Assembly: GCA_902595225.1 (NCBI GenBank)
Contig: CACJPG010000002.1
Span: 137,675 to 201,674 of the forward strand
DNA from: an uncultured Thiothrix sp.
GTDB lineage: Bacteria; Pseudomonadota; Gammaproteobacteria; Poriferisulfidales; GCA-002705445
Reading direction: 5' to 3'
DNA: 64,000 bases
This document shows, piece after piece, positions 1 to 10,475 of the stretch. A program made the translations under genes and the position numbers. A model generated the notes under the pieces. The model was not told where the DNA came from and did not search any database. It saw only the letters and a program-made list of their open reading frames with translations. Every line of letters starts with the position of its first letter. The first letter of the stretch is position 1.

Positions 1-228
1 CACGGCATAATTTTAGGTAATTCCGTTGGTTTAATTGATTCAGATTACCAAGGTGAATTAATGGTTTCTTTATTTAATAACAGCACAAAAAATTTTGAAA
101 TCAATCCTGGAGATAGAATCGCTCAATTTATGCTTATACCGATAATTTTAATAGATTTTGATTTCGTTGAAGAATTCGAAAAAACTGAAAGGGCGTCAGG
201 TGGATTTGGGCATAGTGGGACGAGTTAA
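1..228 (+). CDS. dut: dUTP diphosphatase, C-terminal fragment (5' end outside window)
   Basis: Frame 1 is open from the window edge. [20 protein letters not shown] ... [13 protein letters not shown] matches dUTPase motifs 3 and 5. Stop TAA at 226-228. It is followed by algC-argB, as I recall for Pseudomonas. Confidence 0.85.
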   Translation, partial: HGIILGNSVGLIDSDYQGELMVSLFNNSTKNFEINPGDRIAQFMLIPIILIDFDFVEEFEKTERASGGFGHSGTS

Positions 229-231
229 ATT

Positions 232-1617
232 ATGAAATTAGCTGCAAATATTTTTAAAGCCTATGATATACGAGGAATATATGGCAAGGAATTAACTCTT
301 GATGCAATCGGTTTAATTGCTAAATCTATATCAAATTTATACCCAAATGATAACGACACTATAGTCATTGGCAGAGACGGAAGAAATTCTAGTGCAGAGA
401 TTTCAAAAGCACTTATTGATTCATTTTTGAAAAATGGGAAAAATGTTATTGACATTGGCGAGGTCCCAACTCCATTGTTATATTTTGCTGTAAATCATTT
501 AAGTTTAAATTCAGGAATAATTATTACCGGCAGCCATAATCCAAAAGAATATAATGGTTTAAAAATGATAATGGATGGCCATACTTTGTCTGGAGGAGAA
601 ATTACTAGAATTTATGATGACATCATTGATGGCGCATTTAGCAATTTGAATTTATTGAAAACGTCCTATAAAAATCTAAATATTAGTGATGAATACATAA
701 AGCAAGTAAACCGTAATATATCTATTAAGAAAAAATTAAAGATTGCTGTCGATGCAGGTAATGGAGTAGCTGGACCAATTGCCGTAGAAATTTATCGAAA
801 GCTTGGATTAGAATTGATAGAGTTATATTGTAACGTTGATGGTGATTTTCCAAATCATCATCCAAATCCCAGTGATCCAAAAAATCTTATAGATTTAATA
901 AATGAAGTAAAAAAATCAAAATGTGACCTTGGTATTGCTTTTGATGGAGATGGTGATAGATGTTTAATTCTAGATAACAAAGGTAATATAGTTTGGCCTG
1001 ACCGCCAGATGATGATCTTCTCAAAAGATATATTGTCTCAAAATCAAAATGCAAAGGTAATTTATGATGTTAAATCATCAAGCTTTCTTGCAAATGTGAT
1101 TAAGAGTTCTGGAGGAGAGCCTATCATGTGTAGAACTGGGCATTCATATATTAAAAAAATGATGCGAGAAACAAATGCAATTCTTGCAGGCGAAATGTCA
1201 GGTCATGTATTTTTTAATGATAAATGGTATGGATTTGATGATGGAATATATTGTGGGGCCAGAATGATTGAGATAGTATCTAACCAAAGTATTGAAAGTA
1301 GTGAAATATTTGCAGATTTACCGAATTCTTTTTCTACACCCGAAATTAATATACCAGTTGATAAAGATGGTATTCAGCATGATTTTATGGAAAAATTCAA
1401 AAGCTCAGCAATATTTGAAAATGCTGAAATTTCAACAATAGACGGCCTAAGAGTAGATTATGATGATGGATGGGGTTTATTAAGAGCCTCTAATACAACA
1501 AGCTGTTTGGTGATGAGATTCGAGGCAGAATCAAAAGAGAGATTATTGGAGATAAAAAATAGTTTCATCTCACAAATAAGAAAAATAGATTCTAGATTAG
1601 AGATTCCGAATGAATAA
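232..1617 (+). CDS. algC: phosphomannomutase/phosphoglucomutase (alpha-D-phosphohexomutase)
   Basis: 461 aa. Signature loops are TGSHNPKEYNGLK (phosphoserine), FDGDGDR (Mg2+ loop) and GEMSGH (sugar loop). Confidence 0.9.
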   Translation: MKLAANIFKAYDIRGIYGKELTLDAIGLIAKSISNLYPNDNDTIVIGRDGRNSSAEISKALIDSFLKNGKNVIDIGEVPTPLLYFAVNHLSLNSGIIITGSHNPKEYNGLKMIMDGHTLSGGEITRIYDDIIDGAFSNLNLLKTSYKNLNISDEYIKQVNRNISIKKKLKIAVDAGNGVAGPIAVEIYRKLGLELIELYCNVDGDFPNHHPNPSDPKNLIDLINEVKKSKCDLGIAFDGDGDRCLILDNKGNIVWPDRQMMIFSKDILSQNQNAKVIYDVKSSSFLANVIKSSGGEPIMCRTGHSYIKKMMRETNAILAGEMSGHVFFNDKWYGFDDGIYCGARMIEIVSNQSIESSEIFADLPNSFSTPEINIPVDKDGIQHDFMEKFKSSAIFENAEISTIDGLRVDYDDGWGLLRASNTTSCLVMRFEAESKERLLEIKNSFISQIRKIDSRLEIPNE

Positions 1618-2467
1618 GAAAGAAGCACAGCAAGTAATAAAAATTCTTACAGAAGCTTTACCATATATACAAAAATTTTCTAAAAAAATTTGTATCGTTA
1701 AGTACGGTGGGGCTGCGATGATTGAGGAAAGCCTTAAGAATAGCTTTGCTAGAGATATTACACTAATGAAACAAGTAGGTATAAATGTAGCAGTAGTCCA
1801 CGGCGGAGGCCCACAAATTGATAAAGAACTTGAAAAATCAAACATTAAGAGAAACTTTATTGACGGTATAAGAGTCACCGATAAAGAAACAATTGAAATA
1901 GTGTCAAATACACTTGATGGAATCATTAATAAGGAAATAGTTGATCTTATAAATAAAAATGGAGGTAACTCAATAGGTGTTGCTAAAGACAAAAAAGGAA
2001 CGATATCAGTTGAAAAATTAACTACTAAAAATATAGATTATGGATATGTAGGTGAAGTTGTAAACGTTAACTCTAATTATTTATATGAATTAATGAATTC
2101 AAATTATATCCCTGTAATCGCACCTCTTGGCTATGATAGTTCGGGACAAATATATAATATTAATGCAGATACTGCTGCTAGCCAAATAGCAAGCCACCTC
2201 TCAGCAGAAAAATTAATTTTTCTAACTGATACTCAAGGAGTAAATGATGATAAAGGAAATCTGATCTCTACACTGAACTCAAAGGAAATAAAAAATTTTA
2301 TTGAATCCGATATTATAAGGGGTGGTATGTTGCCAAAAATAAATGCATCGCTAGAGGCAGTTTCAAAGAGTGTAAAGACAGCCCATATAATTGACGGCAG
2401 AATACAACATAGTGTTTTATTAGAAATTTTTACAAATGATGGAATAGGGACTCTAGTAAAAAAATGA
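1610..2467 (+). CDS. argB: acetylglutamate kinase
   Basis: 285 aa amino-acid kinase with VKYGGAA and VVHGGGPQI motifs. The ATG overlaps the algC stop by 8 nt. Confidence 0.9.
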   Translation: MNKKEAQQVIKILTEALPYIQKFSKKICIVKYGGAAMIEESLKNSFARDITLMKQVGINVAVVHGGGPQIDKELEKSNIKRNFIDGIRVTDKETIEIVSNTLDGIINKEIVDLINKNGGNSIGVAKDKKGTISVEKLTTKNIDYGYVGEVVNVNSNYLYELMNSNYIPVIAPLGYDSSGQIYNINADTAASQIASHLSAEKLIFLTDTQGVNDDKGNLISTLNSKEIKNFIESDIIRGGMLPKINASLEAVSKSVKTAHIIDGRIQHSVLLEIFTNDGIGTLVKK

Positions 2468-3462
2468 CAAATTGTCTTGTTATTGGCGCAGGTATTGTTG
2501 GTATGACTACTGCTCTAAAGTTAGCTGAAAATGGTAAAAATGTAACTATTTTGGATTGTAAGAACAAAGGTCAAGCATCAAATAACGCAGGAGGGATTTT
2601 ATTTCCGCTTAGCCCATGGAACGATTCAAAATTCATGCAGGAATTATGTATCTCAGGTCATGATGAATATAATAAACTTTTCTTAAGATTAAGCGGTGAT
2701 AAGAAAAAATCAATCAATTTTACTAAAAGTAATATTCTTATATTTGGTAAAAATTTAATTTCAGCCAGCAAATGGTATAGAAATAATAATTTTGTAGAAA
2801 TAGAATACAACGATGGTCGGATTAGCAATAAAGAAGAAAATATAATAACTAATCATAAAGAATTCATTACAATTAAAGATATAAATTTAGTAGATCCAAG
2901 AAAACTTTCAGAATTCCTACATAAAGAACTTAAAAATAAAAATGCGTCTTTCATACAAATGAAAGTTGAAGATCTAAATTTATTTTTAAAACAACCAGAA
3001 AATAATAAGTATGATTATATAATTGTTTCAGCAGGTGCCTGGAGCAATGAGGTTCTAAATGACAAAAAAGTTTTTCTAAAACCTATTAAGGGACAAACTA
3101 TGTTGTTTAGAACAAATAAAAAAATTATTTCAAATACTCTATTATTTGATGATCTTTATATAATACCAAGAGGGGATAATAAGTTTCTTATAGGCTCAAC
3201 TTTGGAAGATGTTGGTTTTGATGAAAGTATAAGTAATGAGGCAAAAAGCATTTTTGATCATGCTTTGTCAAAACTTTTTTCGCCCAGTATTAAAATATTA
3301 GAAAAAGAATACTTTTTTGGATTTAGACCGTTTGCCAATCAAAAACCTTACATATGCAAAAGTAAAAACAATGAGAGGGTAATATATAATTTTGGTCATT
3401 ATAGATATGGTATTTTAACCGCCATTGCTTCTGCAAAAATTGTAGATAGCATGGTCTCATAG
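2464..3462 (+). CDS. FAD-dependent oxidoreductase (DAO family, glycine oxidase ThiO-like)
   Basis: 332 aa. N-terminal Rossmann motif VIGAGIVGMTTALKLAENGKNVTILD. Overall DAO-like layout. Substrate cannot be assigned by eye. 4-nt overlap with argB. Confidence 0.7.
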   Translation: MTNCLVIGAGIVGMTTALKLAENGKNVTILDCKNKGQASNNAGGILFPLSPWNDSKFMQELCISGHDEYNKLFLRLSGDKKKSINFTKSNILIFGKNLISASKWYRNNNFVEIEYNDGRISNKEENIITNHKEFITIKDINLVDPRKLSEFLHKELKNKNASFIQMKVEDLNLFLKQPENNKYDYIIVSAGAWSNEVLNDKKVFLKPIKGQTMLFRTNKKIISNTLLFDDLYIIPRGDNKFLIGSTLEDVGFDESISNEAKSIFDHALSKLFSPSIKILEKEYFFGFRPFANQKPYICKSKNNERVIYNFGHYRYGILTAIASAKIVDSMVS

Positions 3463-3466
3463 GATT

Positions 3467-3539
3467 GCCTGTGTAGCTCAGTTGGTAGAGCATTTCACTC
3501 GTAATGAAAAGGTCGTCAGTTCAATTCTGACCACAGGCT
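3467..3539 (+). tRNA. tRNA-Thr (anticodon CGU)
   Basis: Hand-folded 73-nt cloverleaf: acceptor GCCTGTG/CACAGGC, D arm GCTC-AGTTGGTA-GAGC, anticodon arm TTTCA-CTCGTAA-TGAAA, T arm GTCAG-TTCAATT-CTGAC. No encoded CCA. Confidence 0.9.
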
Positions 3540-3602
3540 CAAAAATTAATTTAAATATTCTTTCTTTTATGTCAAAATGCCAAACAAAATAGAGGAGATC
3601 TT

Positions 3603-3695
3603 ATGGATATTTTCAGAATAGTTGCACTTTCTTTAGGCATTATTATTTGTGTGCTTACAGTATATTTCGCTTTAGCTGGTATTGGTGTAATTTAA
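3603..3695 (+). CDS. possible 30-aa single-pass hydrophobic micro-protein (MDIFRIVALSLGIIICVLTVYFALAGIGVI)
   Basis: Not in the ORF track because it is too short. ATG is preceded by GGAG (3594-3597) at 5-nt spacing. The product is uniformly hydrophobic. Its stop overlaps the convergent ispH stop. Confidence 0.3.
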   Translation: MDIFRIVALSLGIIICVLTVYFALAGIGVI

Positions 3696-4633
3696 CTTTT
3701 TGCAATAAGTTCTTTCGGAATTTTAAACGTTATATTTTCCTCAACACCTTCTGAGTTTATAACATTAATTGCCCCAAAGCTTTTCAATTTATTAATAATT
3801 GATTGAACTAGAACTTCAGGTGCTGAGGCACCTGCAGTTAAACCAATATTTTTTTTATTTGCTAACCAACTAACATCAAGATCATTTGCACTATCAAGAA
3901 GATATGATGGAACACCAGCTCTTGTTGATATTTCTCTTAATCTGTTTGAATTCGAACTGTTTTCAGACCCAACAACAAAAATTATGTCACACTTTTCTGT
4001 GAGTTCTTTAACCGCACCTTGCCTATTAGTGGTTGCGTAACATATATCACCTCTTGCTGGCTCTATGACATTCTGGTACTTTTTCTTTATAGCATTGATT
4101 ATATTTTTAGTATCATCAATAGACAAAGTGGTCTGTGTGACATATGCTATTTCTTCATTTTCATCAAATTTTAATTTCTCAACATCTGATTCGTTTTCAA
4201 CTAAAGTAATTTCTGAATCAGACTCAGTTATATATCTCCCTATGGTTCCTTCAACTTCAGGGTGGCCTTTATGACCAATTAAAATTGTATTAATATTTTT
4301 CTTTGATAATCTTGCAACTTCCATATGAACTTTTGTTACTAGAGGGCAGGTTGCATTAAAAACCTGTAAGTTTTTTTTATTTGATTGATTGATTATTTCT
4401 TCAGATACACCGTGAGCACTGTAAATTAAAATGGAACCTTCTGGAACTGTCCTCACATCTTCTATAAATATAACACCCTTATCTTTTAATTCATCTACCA
4501 CATATTTATTGTGAACAATTTGGTGTTTCACGTATATAGGCGCACCAAACATTTCCAGAGCTCTATTTGTTATTTCTATTGCTCTATCAACACCAGCACA
4601 AAAACCTCGAGGATTAGCCAAAATTATGTTCAT
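3692..4633 (-). CDS. ispH: 4-hydroxy-3-methylbut-2-enyl diphosphate reductase
   Basis: 313 aa. N-terminus MNIILANPRGFCAGVDRAI and three conserved Cys regions typical of IspH/LytB. Sits downstream of lspA as in other gammaproteobacteria. Confidence 0.95.
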   Translation of the reverse strand: MNIILANPRGFCAGVDRAIEITNRALEMFGAPIYVKHQIVHNKYVVDELKDKGVIFIEDVRTVPEGSILIYSAHGVSEEIINQSNKKNLQVFNATCPLVTKVHMEVARLSKKNINTILIGHKGHPEVEGTIGRYITESDSEITLVENESDVEKLKFDENEEIAYVTQTTLSIDDTKNIINAIKKKYQNVIEPARGDICYATTNRQGAVKELTEKCDIIFVVGSENSSNSNRLREISTRAGVPSYLLDSANDLDVSWLANKKNIGLTAGASAPEVLVQSIINKLKSFGAINVINSEGVEENITFKIPKELIAKS

Positions 4634-5097
4634 ATTTTTTTTCCACCTGAAAACATATTATATAACAATAATATAATACCAATGGAAATTGCAATATCGG
4701 CTACATTAAATATCGGCCATGAGAAGCCTTTATAATAAAATTCAATAAAATCAATAACGTATCCATAATATATTCTGTCATAAAGATTTCCCAATGCCCC
4801 CGCCAGAACGAAACTAAAAGGCATATATTCAGAGAAGTTCTCTTTTATCAGAAGATAAATAATTAAACAAATTACCGTTATGCTGAAAATAATAAAAAAC
4901 CATCTTTGCCATCCACCAGCATCACTCAAAAAACTAAAAGCGGCACCGTAATTAAACGCAAGAGTGAAATTCATAAAACTAGTGACTGGTTCTGACTTAT
5001 AAAGCAATAACTTGTTAACCGCAATAGTTTTTGTGAGAAAATCTGCTAGAAAAACTGAAAGAATTATAAATATAGAGTATATTTTTTTTTTAGGCAT
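4630..5097 (-). CDS. lspA: lipoprotein signal peptidase II
   Basis: Four hydrophobic spans and the FNVADIAISIG motif. I prefer the ATG at 5097 (MPKKKIYSIF...), 2 nt after the ileS stop, over the track start at 5121, which lies inside ileS. Confidence 0.85.
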   Translation of the reverse strand: MPKKKIYSIFIILSVFLADFLTKTIAVNKLLLYKSEPVTSFMNFTLAFNYGAAFSFLSDAGGWQRWFFIIFSITVICLIIYLLIKENFSEYMPFSFVLAGALGNLYDRIYYGYVIDFIEFYYKGFSWPIFNVADIAISIGIILLLYNMFSGGKKI

Positions 5098-7888
5098 ATC
5101 TTCTAATTTCTCCACTACCATAAACGTTTGAGATACATCTTACGCAAAGAGTTTTATGATTTTTGTCTGTTCCAACGCTAATACATCTATGCCAACATCT
5201 TTCACATTTTTTGTTCTTTGAATTTTCAATTTCAACTTTTAGATTTTCTCCATTTATTTCGTAGATTTGCCCCTCTTTTAAATTATTTTCTCTCTCTAAA
5301 ATAACCTTTGAGGTGATAAATATAAATTTTAATTCATCGCCATACTCTGATAATAAATTATATAAATTATCTGAGCATAATATTTTTACATCAGCATCAA
5401 GAGATGAGCCAATTATATTTTTCTCTCTTTTATTTTCCAATTCTTTAGAAACATGTTTTTTAATTTCTAAAATCTTTTCCCAATTTTCTAGATTTATTTT
5501 TGTTTGCGGAATTTCGCTATCATTAATTATCAACCATTTATTAAAGAAGATGGATTTTTGAGAACTTTTTGGCACATGAGACCAAGCCTCTTCAGCGGTA
5601 TGTGGACATATTGGTGCAATCCAGCTTAATAACATTTGTAAAATAACATACATGGAATTTTGCGCTGATTTTCTTTCTGTAGAATCTTTTTTACATGTAT
5701 ATTGCCTATCTTTAATTACATCCAAATAAAAAGAGCCAAGTTCATTTACACAAAAACCATGAATTAATTGTGAAATAATATGAAAATTAAATTTGTTGTA
5801 ATGGTCTAATATTTCTTTTTGTAAATTTATTGCTTTTAATACTATCCATTTATCTAATTCAATAGATGTATCTTTTATAGAGAACGTTTCTGGATCATAG
5901 TCATCAATATTTGAAAGTAAAAATCTAATCGTATTCCTAATTTTTCTGTATTTGTCAGAGGTCCTATTTAGAATTTCTTCTGAAACTGTCATTTCTGAGG
6001 AAGAATCAGTTGATGCCACCCATAGACGAAGTATATCTGATCCTAAACGGTTAATAATTTTTTGCGGTGCTATTACATTGCCCTTGGACTTTGACATTTT
6101 ATTTCCACGACCGTCAACCGTAAATCCATGAGTCATTGCAGCTTTATAAGGTACTGAATCATTAACAGCTATAGAGGTAAGTAAGGACGATTGAAACCAA
6201 CCTCTATGTTGATCTGAGCCCTCTAAATATAAGTCCGCAGGAAATCTTAAGTTTGCACTTGTTTCAAGGACTGCGGCATGAGATGAACCTGAATCAAACC
6301 ATACATCTAGAGTATCTTGGACTTTTTCATAGTCATCAGGATTGTCTATCAAATCACCAATATCTATTTCGAACCATTTTTCTATACCATGTTCTTCTAC
6401 AAGTTTACAAACTCTTGAAAAAATTATTGAAGAGTTTGAGTGGGGCTCACCAGTTTTTTTGTTTATTAAAAGAGTGATAGGAACACCCCATTTTCGTTGC
6501 CGAGATATACACCAATCTGGTCTTTGGCTTATCATGCCCTCTATTCTTGCTTCTCCCCAAGCTGGAAGCCATTCAACTTCAGGTATTTTTTCTAAGGTTT
6601 TATCTATTAAATTATTTTTTTTCATTGAAATAAACCATTGCGGCGTAGCTCTATATATCAAAGGAGTTTTTGTTCTCCAGCAATGAGGATAGGAATGTTT
6701 AAACTTATTACTACTTAATAATTTATCTTCTCTAGAAAGTATATTTATAATTTGCTCATCAAGTTTATAAACATGAGTTCCATTTAGTTCTTCAGGTAAT
6801 CCTGAGAAAATACCATCACTTTGTATTGGGTTAACTACCTCTAAATTATGTTTTTTTCCTAACTCAAAATCCTCTATACCATGCGCAGGAGCAATATGAA
6901 CACAGCCTGTTCCCGAATCATCAGTAACATGGTCACTTGAAATTATATTTATTTTATTATCAAGGAAAGGATGATTAGCTTCCAAATTTATTAAATTTTC
7001 ACCACTACACCTAGCTAATATTGACAATTTTAGATTTGTTCTTTCTTGGAATTTTTCAAAAAGGCTTTCAGCTATAATATAAATCTCTTTATTATTTGAT
7101 ACTAATATGTAATTTAAATCACTTTTTACAGCTATTGATTTATTTGATGGAAGTGTCCATGGTGTCGTTGTCCATATAACAACAAAAACTTTTTTATCAA
7201 TATCGTTAATGGCGAATATTCGCTTTACTTCATCTAGCGAAGTAACCTCAAATTTTACGTCGATAGCGATAGATTCTTTTTCTTGATACTCTACTTCTGC
7301 TTCAGCCAATGCAGATTGAATTTTCACACACCAATGAACTGGTTTAAAACCTTTTTGAAGGTGCCCATTATTATAAATTTTTTCAAGTGCTTTAAGAGTT
7401 GATGCCTCAAACTTCTTGTTGGATGTCAAATATGGATTTTCCCAATCTCCCAACACCCCAAGTCTTTTAAAATCTTTTTTTTGTCTTTCCACCTGGTTCA
7501 GCGCATATTCTCTGCACAATTTTCTAAAATCTTTATCAGAAAGTTCTTCACCTTTTTTTATTTTTTTTTCAACTTCAATTTCAATTGGAAGTCCATGACA
7601 GTCCCATCCTGGTACAAATGGCACGTTATATCCACTAAGTATCTTTGACCTCACAATTACATCTTTTAAAATTTTATTTACAGCATGGCCAATATGAATG
7701 TCTCCGTTTGCATAGGGTGGGCCATCATGTAGGATATATTTCTCACGGTCTTTGTTCGAATCAAGTAGTTGAGAATATAAATTCTCCTTTTCCCATTTTT
7801 CTTGAATCAAAGGTTCCTTATTTGGCAGATTCCCTTTCATCGGAAATTCTGTTTTTGGCAGATTTAATGTATTTTTATAGTCACTCAT
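5090..7888 (-). CDS. ileS: isoleucine--tRNA ligase
   Basis: 932 aa. Class I HIGH (GDIHIGHAVNK) and KMSKS (NKMSKSKGN) motifs. C-terminal Zn-finger cysteines (CERCWH...CVRC). Confidence 0.97.
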   Translation of the reverse strand: MSDYKNTLNLPKTEFPMKGNLPNKEPLIQEKWEKENLYSQLLDSNKDREKYILHDGPPYANGDIHIGHAVNKILKDVIVRSKILSGYNVPFVPGWDCHGLPIEIEVEKKIKKGEELSDKDFRKLCREYALNQVERQKKDFKRLGVLGDWENPYLTSNKKFEASTLKALEKIYNNGHLQKGFKPVHWCVKIQSALAEAEVEYQEKESIAIDVKFEVTSLDEVKRIFAINDIDKKVFVVIWTTTPWTLPSNKSIAVKSDLNYILVSNNKEIYIIAESLFEKFQERTNLKLSILARCSGENLINLEANHPFLDNKINIISSDHVTDDSGTGCVHIAPAHGIEDFELGKKHNLEVVNPIQSDGIFSGLPEELNGTHVYKLDEQIINILSREDKLLSSNKFKHSYPHCWRTKTPLIYRATPQWFISMKKNNLIDKTLEKIPEVEWLPAWGEARIEGMISQRPDWCISRQRKWGVPITLLINKKTGEPHSNSSIIFSRVCKLVEEHGIEKWFEIDIGDLIDNPDDYEKVQDTLDVWFDSGSSHAAVLETSANLRFPADLYLEGSDQHRGWFQSSLLTSIAVNDSVPYKAAMTHGFTVDGRGNKMSKSKGNVIAPQKIINRLGSDILRLWVASTDSSSEMTVSEEILNRTSDKYRKIRNTIRFLLSNIDDYDPETFSIKDTSIELDKWIVLKAINLQKEILDHYNKFNFHIISQLIHGFCVNELGSFYLDVIKDRQYTCKKDSTERKSAQNSMYVILQMLLSWIAPICPHTAEEAWSHVPKSSQKSIFFNKWLIINDSEIPQTKINLENWEKILEIKKHVSKELENKREKNIIGSSLDADVKILCSDNLYNLLSEYGDELKFIFITSKVILERENNLKEGQIYEINGENLKVEIENSKNKKCERCWHRCISVGTDKNHKTLCVRCISNVYGSGEIRRYA

Positions 7889-8799
7889 TTTAATTTAAAA
7901 ATTTCTTTAGCAGATTTTACATCTAAATTTATATATTTTTTTAATTCTTCTACTCCACTAAATTTTTTTGTCTCTCTAATTTTCGAGATAATGTCAAATT
8001 CTAGTCTTTGGCCATATAAATCTTGAGAAAAGTCAAATATATTTGCCTCAAACAAATACTTTTGCCCATCAAAAGTTGGTTTGTATCCAATATTTGCAAC
8101 ACCATAATATTTCTTTTTTCTAAATAAAGTTGAAACAGCATAAACCCCACTTAACAAAATATTAGGCTCTAATTTAATATTTGCGGTTGGAAATCCAATG
8201 GTTCGTCCTCTCTTATCTCCGTGTATAATCTTACCAGATACCGTGTATGGTCTTCCAAGCATTTTCGACGCTTTTTCAAAATTATTTTGCATAATATAAT
8301 CTCTTATCGAAGAACTTGATATGCGCTCTCCTGCAATACTATGTTTTTCCTCAACGTTTAGAGTGAAAGATCCTTTGTGGGCATAATCTTGCAAATCGCT
8401 GACACTACCAGACTGGTTTTTCCCAAATTTAAAATCATGCCCAACAGTAAGAGAGGATATATTCAATTTTTTAATCAATATTTCCTCAATAAAGTCTTTT
8501 GAACTCATGGAAATTAGTGAGTCATTAAATCTAAGTAATATCATATAGTCAACATTCAATTCTTTTAGAATTTCTATCTTTTTATATATTGTTAATAACT
8601 CAAAATTTTTTCTCGCAAAGAAAATTTTAGGCAATGGCTTAAAGGTTATAAGCGCACTTTTTGAATTATTTTCTTTTGCTTTCTGAACTACTTTAGAAAT
8701 GATTCTATTATGCCCAATATGAATACCGTCATATCCACCAATAGTTGCAGTGATTTTATTTTCAAAAAATATTTTTTCTAAATCTCTTATAATTTTCAT
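7885..8799 (-). CDS. ribF: bifunctional riboflavin kinase / FMN adenylyltransferase
   Basis: 304 aa with GGYDGIHIGH nucleotidyl-transferase motif and GFPTAN riboflavin kinase motif. 4-nt overlap with ileS. Confidence 0.93.
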   Translation of the reverse strand: MKIIRDLEKIFFENKITATIGGYDGIHIGHNRIISKVVQKAKENNSKSALITFKPLPKIFFARKNFELLTIYKKIEILKELNVDYMILLRFNDSLISMSSKDFIEEILIKKLNISSLTVGHDFKFGKNQSGSVSDLQDYAHKGSFTLNVEEKHSIAGERISSSSIRDYIMQNNFEKASKMLGRPYTVSGKIIHGDKRGRTIGFPTANIKLEPNILLSGVYAVSTLFRKKKYYGVANIGYKPTFDGQKYLFEANIFDFSQDLYGQRLEFDIISKIRETKKFSGVEELKKYINLDVKSAKEIFKLK

Positions 8800-10373
8800 A
8801 ATTGCTCTTTAATATTTTTTGGCTTTATATTAAATAAATACAAAAATGCAAAATAAATCAATGCAGAAAAAATAATTAATAAAAATAAATTCATTACTCT
8901 TTCTACTAATTCATAATCCATCCATGCTTGTTTAGACAGATCGAAATATAATAAAAATGCTGACATTACTATCGTTGCAATCACTGATTTTAATATGTAG
9001 AAAATAATATCTTGATCCATATTAAAAATTTTTGTTTTTACAGCATTTTTAAATAAAAAGAAAAAATTTACATATGCAGATAGAGATGTTGCAACTGCTA
9101 GCCCAATATGCGCGCCATTAAAATCTGTTTTTACAAGATAGACAACGAAAGCTATATTTAGAACAAAGTTACATAAAACTGCTATAAGAGCAGCTTTTAC
9201 TGGATACTTAGTATCTTTTCTTGAGTAGTAATTTGTGATTAGAATTTTTGAACCAATCATACCTGGAAGACCTATTGAAAAAGCAATAAGAGCAATAGAA
9301 GTCATATGCACATCATTTAATGTAAATTCTTTATATTTTAAAAGTGTAATCAAGATTGGGTCTGACAATATTATTAGGCCAAGCATTGTTGGAAAAGAAA
9401 TAAGTATTCCTAATTTTAATCCCCAGTTAAGAGTCCTGTTATATGCGTCGATATTTGACCTGTTAAAGTAATCTGACAATTTTGGCAGCATTACTGTTGC
9501 TATTGAAATTCCAAAGAGTGCGAGAGGAAGTTCAACAAATCTATCTGACATATATAACCAACCAATACTTCCTGTTATTAAAAAAGATGCTATGACTGTA
9601 TCGAAGATCATATTAATTTGAGTAACTGAAGAGCCAAAAATCATTGGTAACATTATTTCTTTTATTTTTTTTAAACCTGGGTGTCGCGAGTTAAATTTTA
9701 TCTTTGGTAATAGTCCAAGCTTTGCTATTGGATAAATTTGAAAAGCAAGTTGAATTACCCCTCCGAGTAAAAGGCCCCAAGCAAGAGCAAAAACTGGTTT
9801 TTCAAAATATGGTGCAGCAAATAAAACACTTGCTATTAAACTAAGATTTAAAACAACGGGCGTTATCGCAGGGTAAGCAAAATTATCGTATGTATTTAGA
9901 ATACTTCCTGCAATTGCAGTCAGGCAAATGAATAACATATATGGAAAAGTAATCTTTAATAAGCTAACAGTGAGATCATATTGCCCGAACTCTGAGTTAA
10001 CAAATCCTGGCGCGATTAGGTATATTAAAATAGGAGCAATCAAAACCCCAATTACCGAAACAATAAGAAGTATCAGAGATATAGTCGTTATAGATGTGTT
10101 GATAAATTCTTTGACTTCTTTTTGATCATCTTTATTTTTATAATCACTTAATACCGGAATATAGGCAGTAGATAGCGCTCCCTCACCAAAAATTCTTCTA
10201 AAAAAATTGGGAATCCGAAATGCTACAAAAAAAGCATCTAAAGCACCTGATGCATTGCTAATGAATATAAACATCAAAGCATCTCTGATATAGCCAAAAA
10301 TACGTGAGAGCATAGTAAAAATTGAAACTACAGCGGTGCTTTTTAAGAATTTTTCTTTAATAGATATAGGCAT
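8796..10373 (-). CDS. murJ: lipid II flippase MurJ (MviN)
   Basis: 525 aa with about 14 hydrophobic spans. N-terminus ...SRIFGYIRDALMF... is typical of MurJ. Conserved position next to ribF and divergent from rpsT. Confidence 0.9.
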   Translation of the reverse strand: MPISIKEKFLKSTAVVSIFTMLSRIFGYIRDALMFIFISNASGALDAFFVAFRIPNFFRRIFGEGALSTAYIPVLSDYKNKDDQKEVKEFINTSITTISLILLIVSVIGVLIAPILIYLIAPGFVNSEFGQYDLTVSLLKITFPYMLFICLTAIAGSILNTYDNFAYPAITPVVLNLSLIASVLFAAPYFEKPVFALAWGLLLGGVIQLAFQIYPIAKLGLLPKIKFNSRHPGLKKIKEIMLPMIFGSSVTQINMIFDTVIASFLITGSIGWLYMSDRFVELPLALFGISIATVMLPKLSDYFNRSNIDAYNRTLNWGLKLGILISFPTMLGLIILSDPILITLLKYKEFTLNDVHMTSIALIAFSIGLPGMIGSKILITNYYSRKDTKYPVKAALIAVLCNFVLNIAFVVYLVKTDFNGAHIGLAVATSLSAYVNFFFLFKNAVKTKIFNMDQDIIFYILKSVIATIVMSAFLLYFDLSKQAWMDYELVERVMNLFLLIIFSALIYFAFLYLFNIKPKNIKEQL

Positions 10374-10415
10374 TTAGCAATTATATATAATTTTAAGCTA
10401 TTTTTTACTTTCTTA

Positions 10416-10444
10416 TTGACAAATTATCAATAAAACCTCATATT
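10416..10444 (+). promoter_or_regulatory. candidate sigma70 promoter for rpsT (TTGACA-17 nt-CATATT)
   Basis: Perfect -35 TTGACA at 10416-10421, 17-nt spacer, 4/6 -10 at 10439-10444, about 30 nt upstream of the rpsT ATG. AT-rich context makes chance matches likely. Confidence 0.3.
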
Positions 10445-10475
10445 GTCGTCTTTATTATTTTAATAGACATAATTT

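Noticed and set aside
1597-1992. 131-aa minus-strand ORF inside argB
   Set aside because: It is an antisense shadow of argB.
5098-5121. Upstream ATG for lspA inside the ileS 3' end
   Set aside because: It is possible but less likely than the ATG at 5097, which lies 2 nt after the ileS stop and directly precedes the first TM span.
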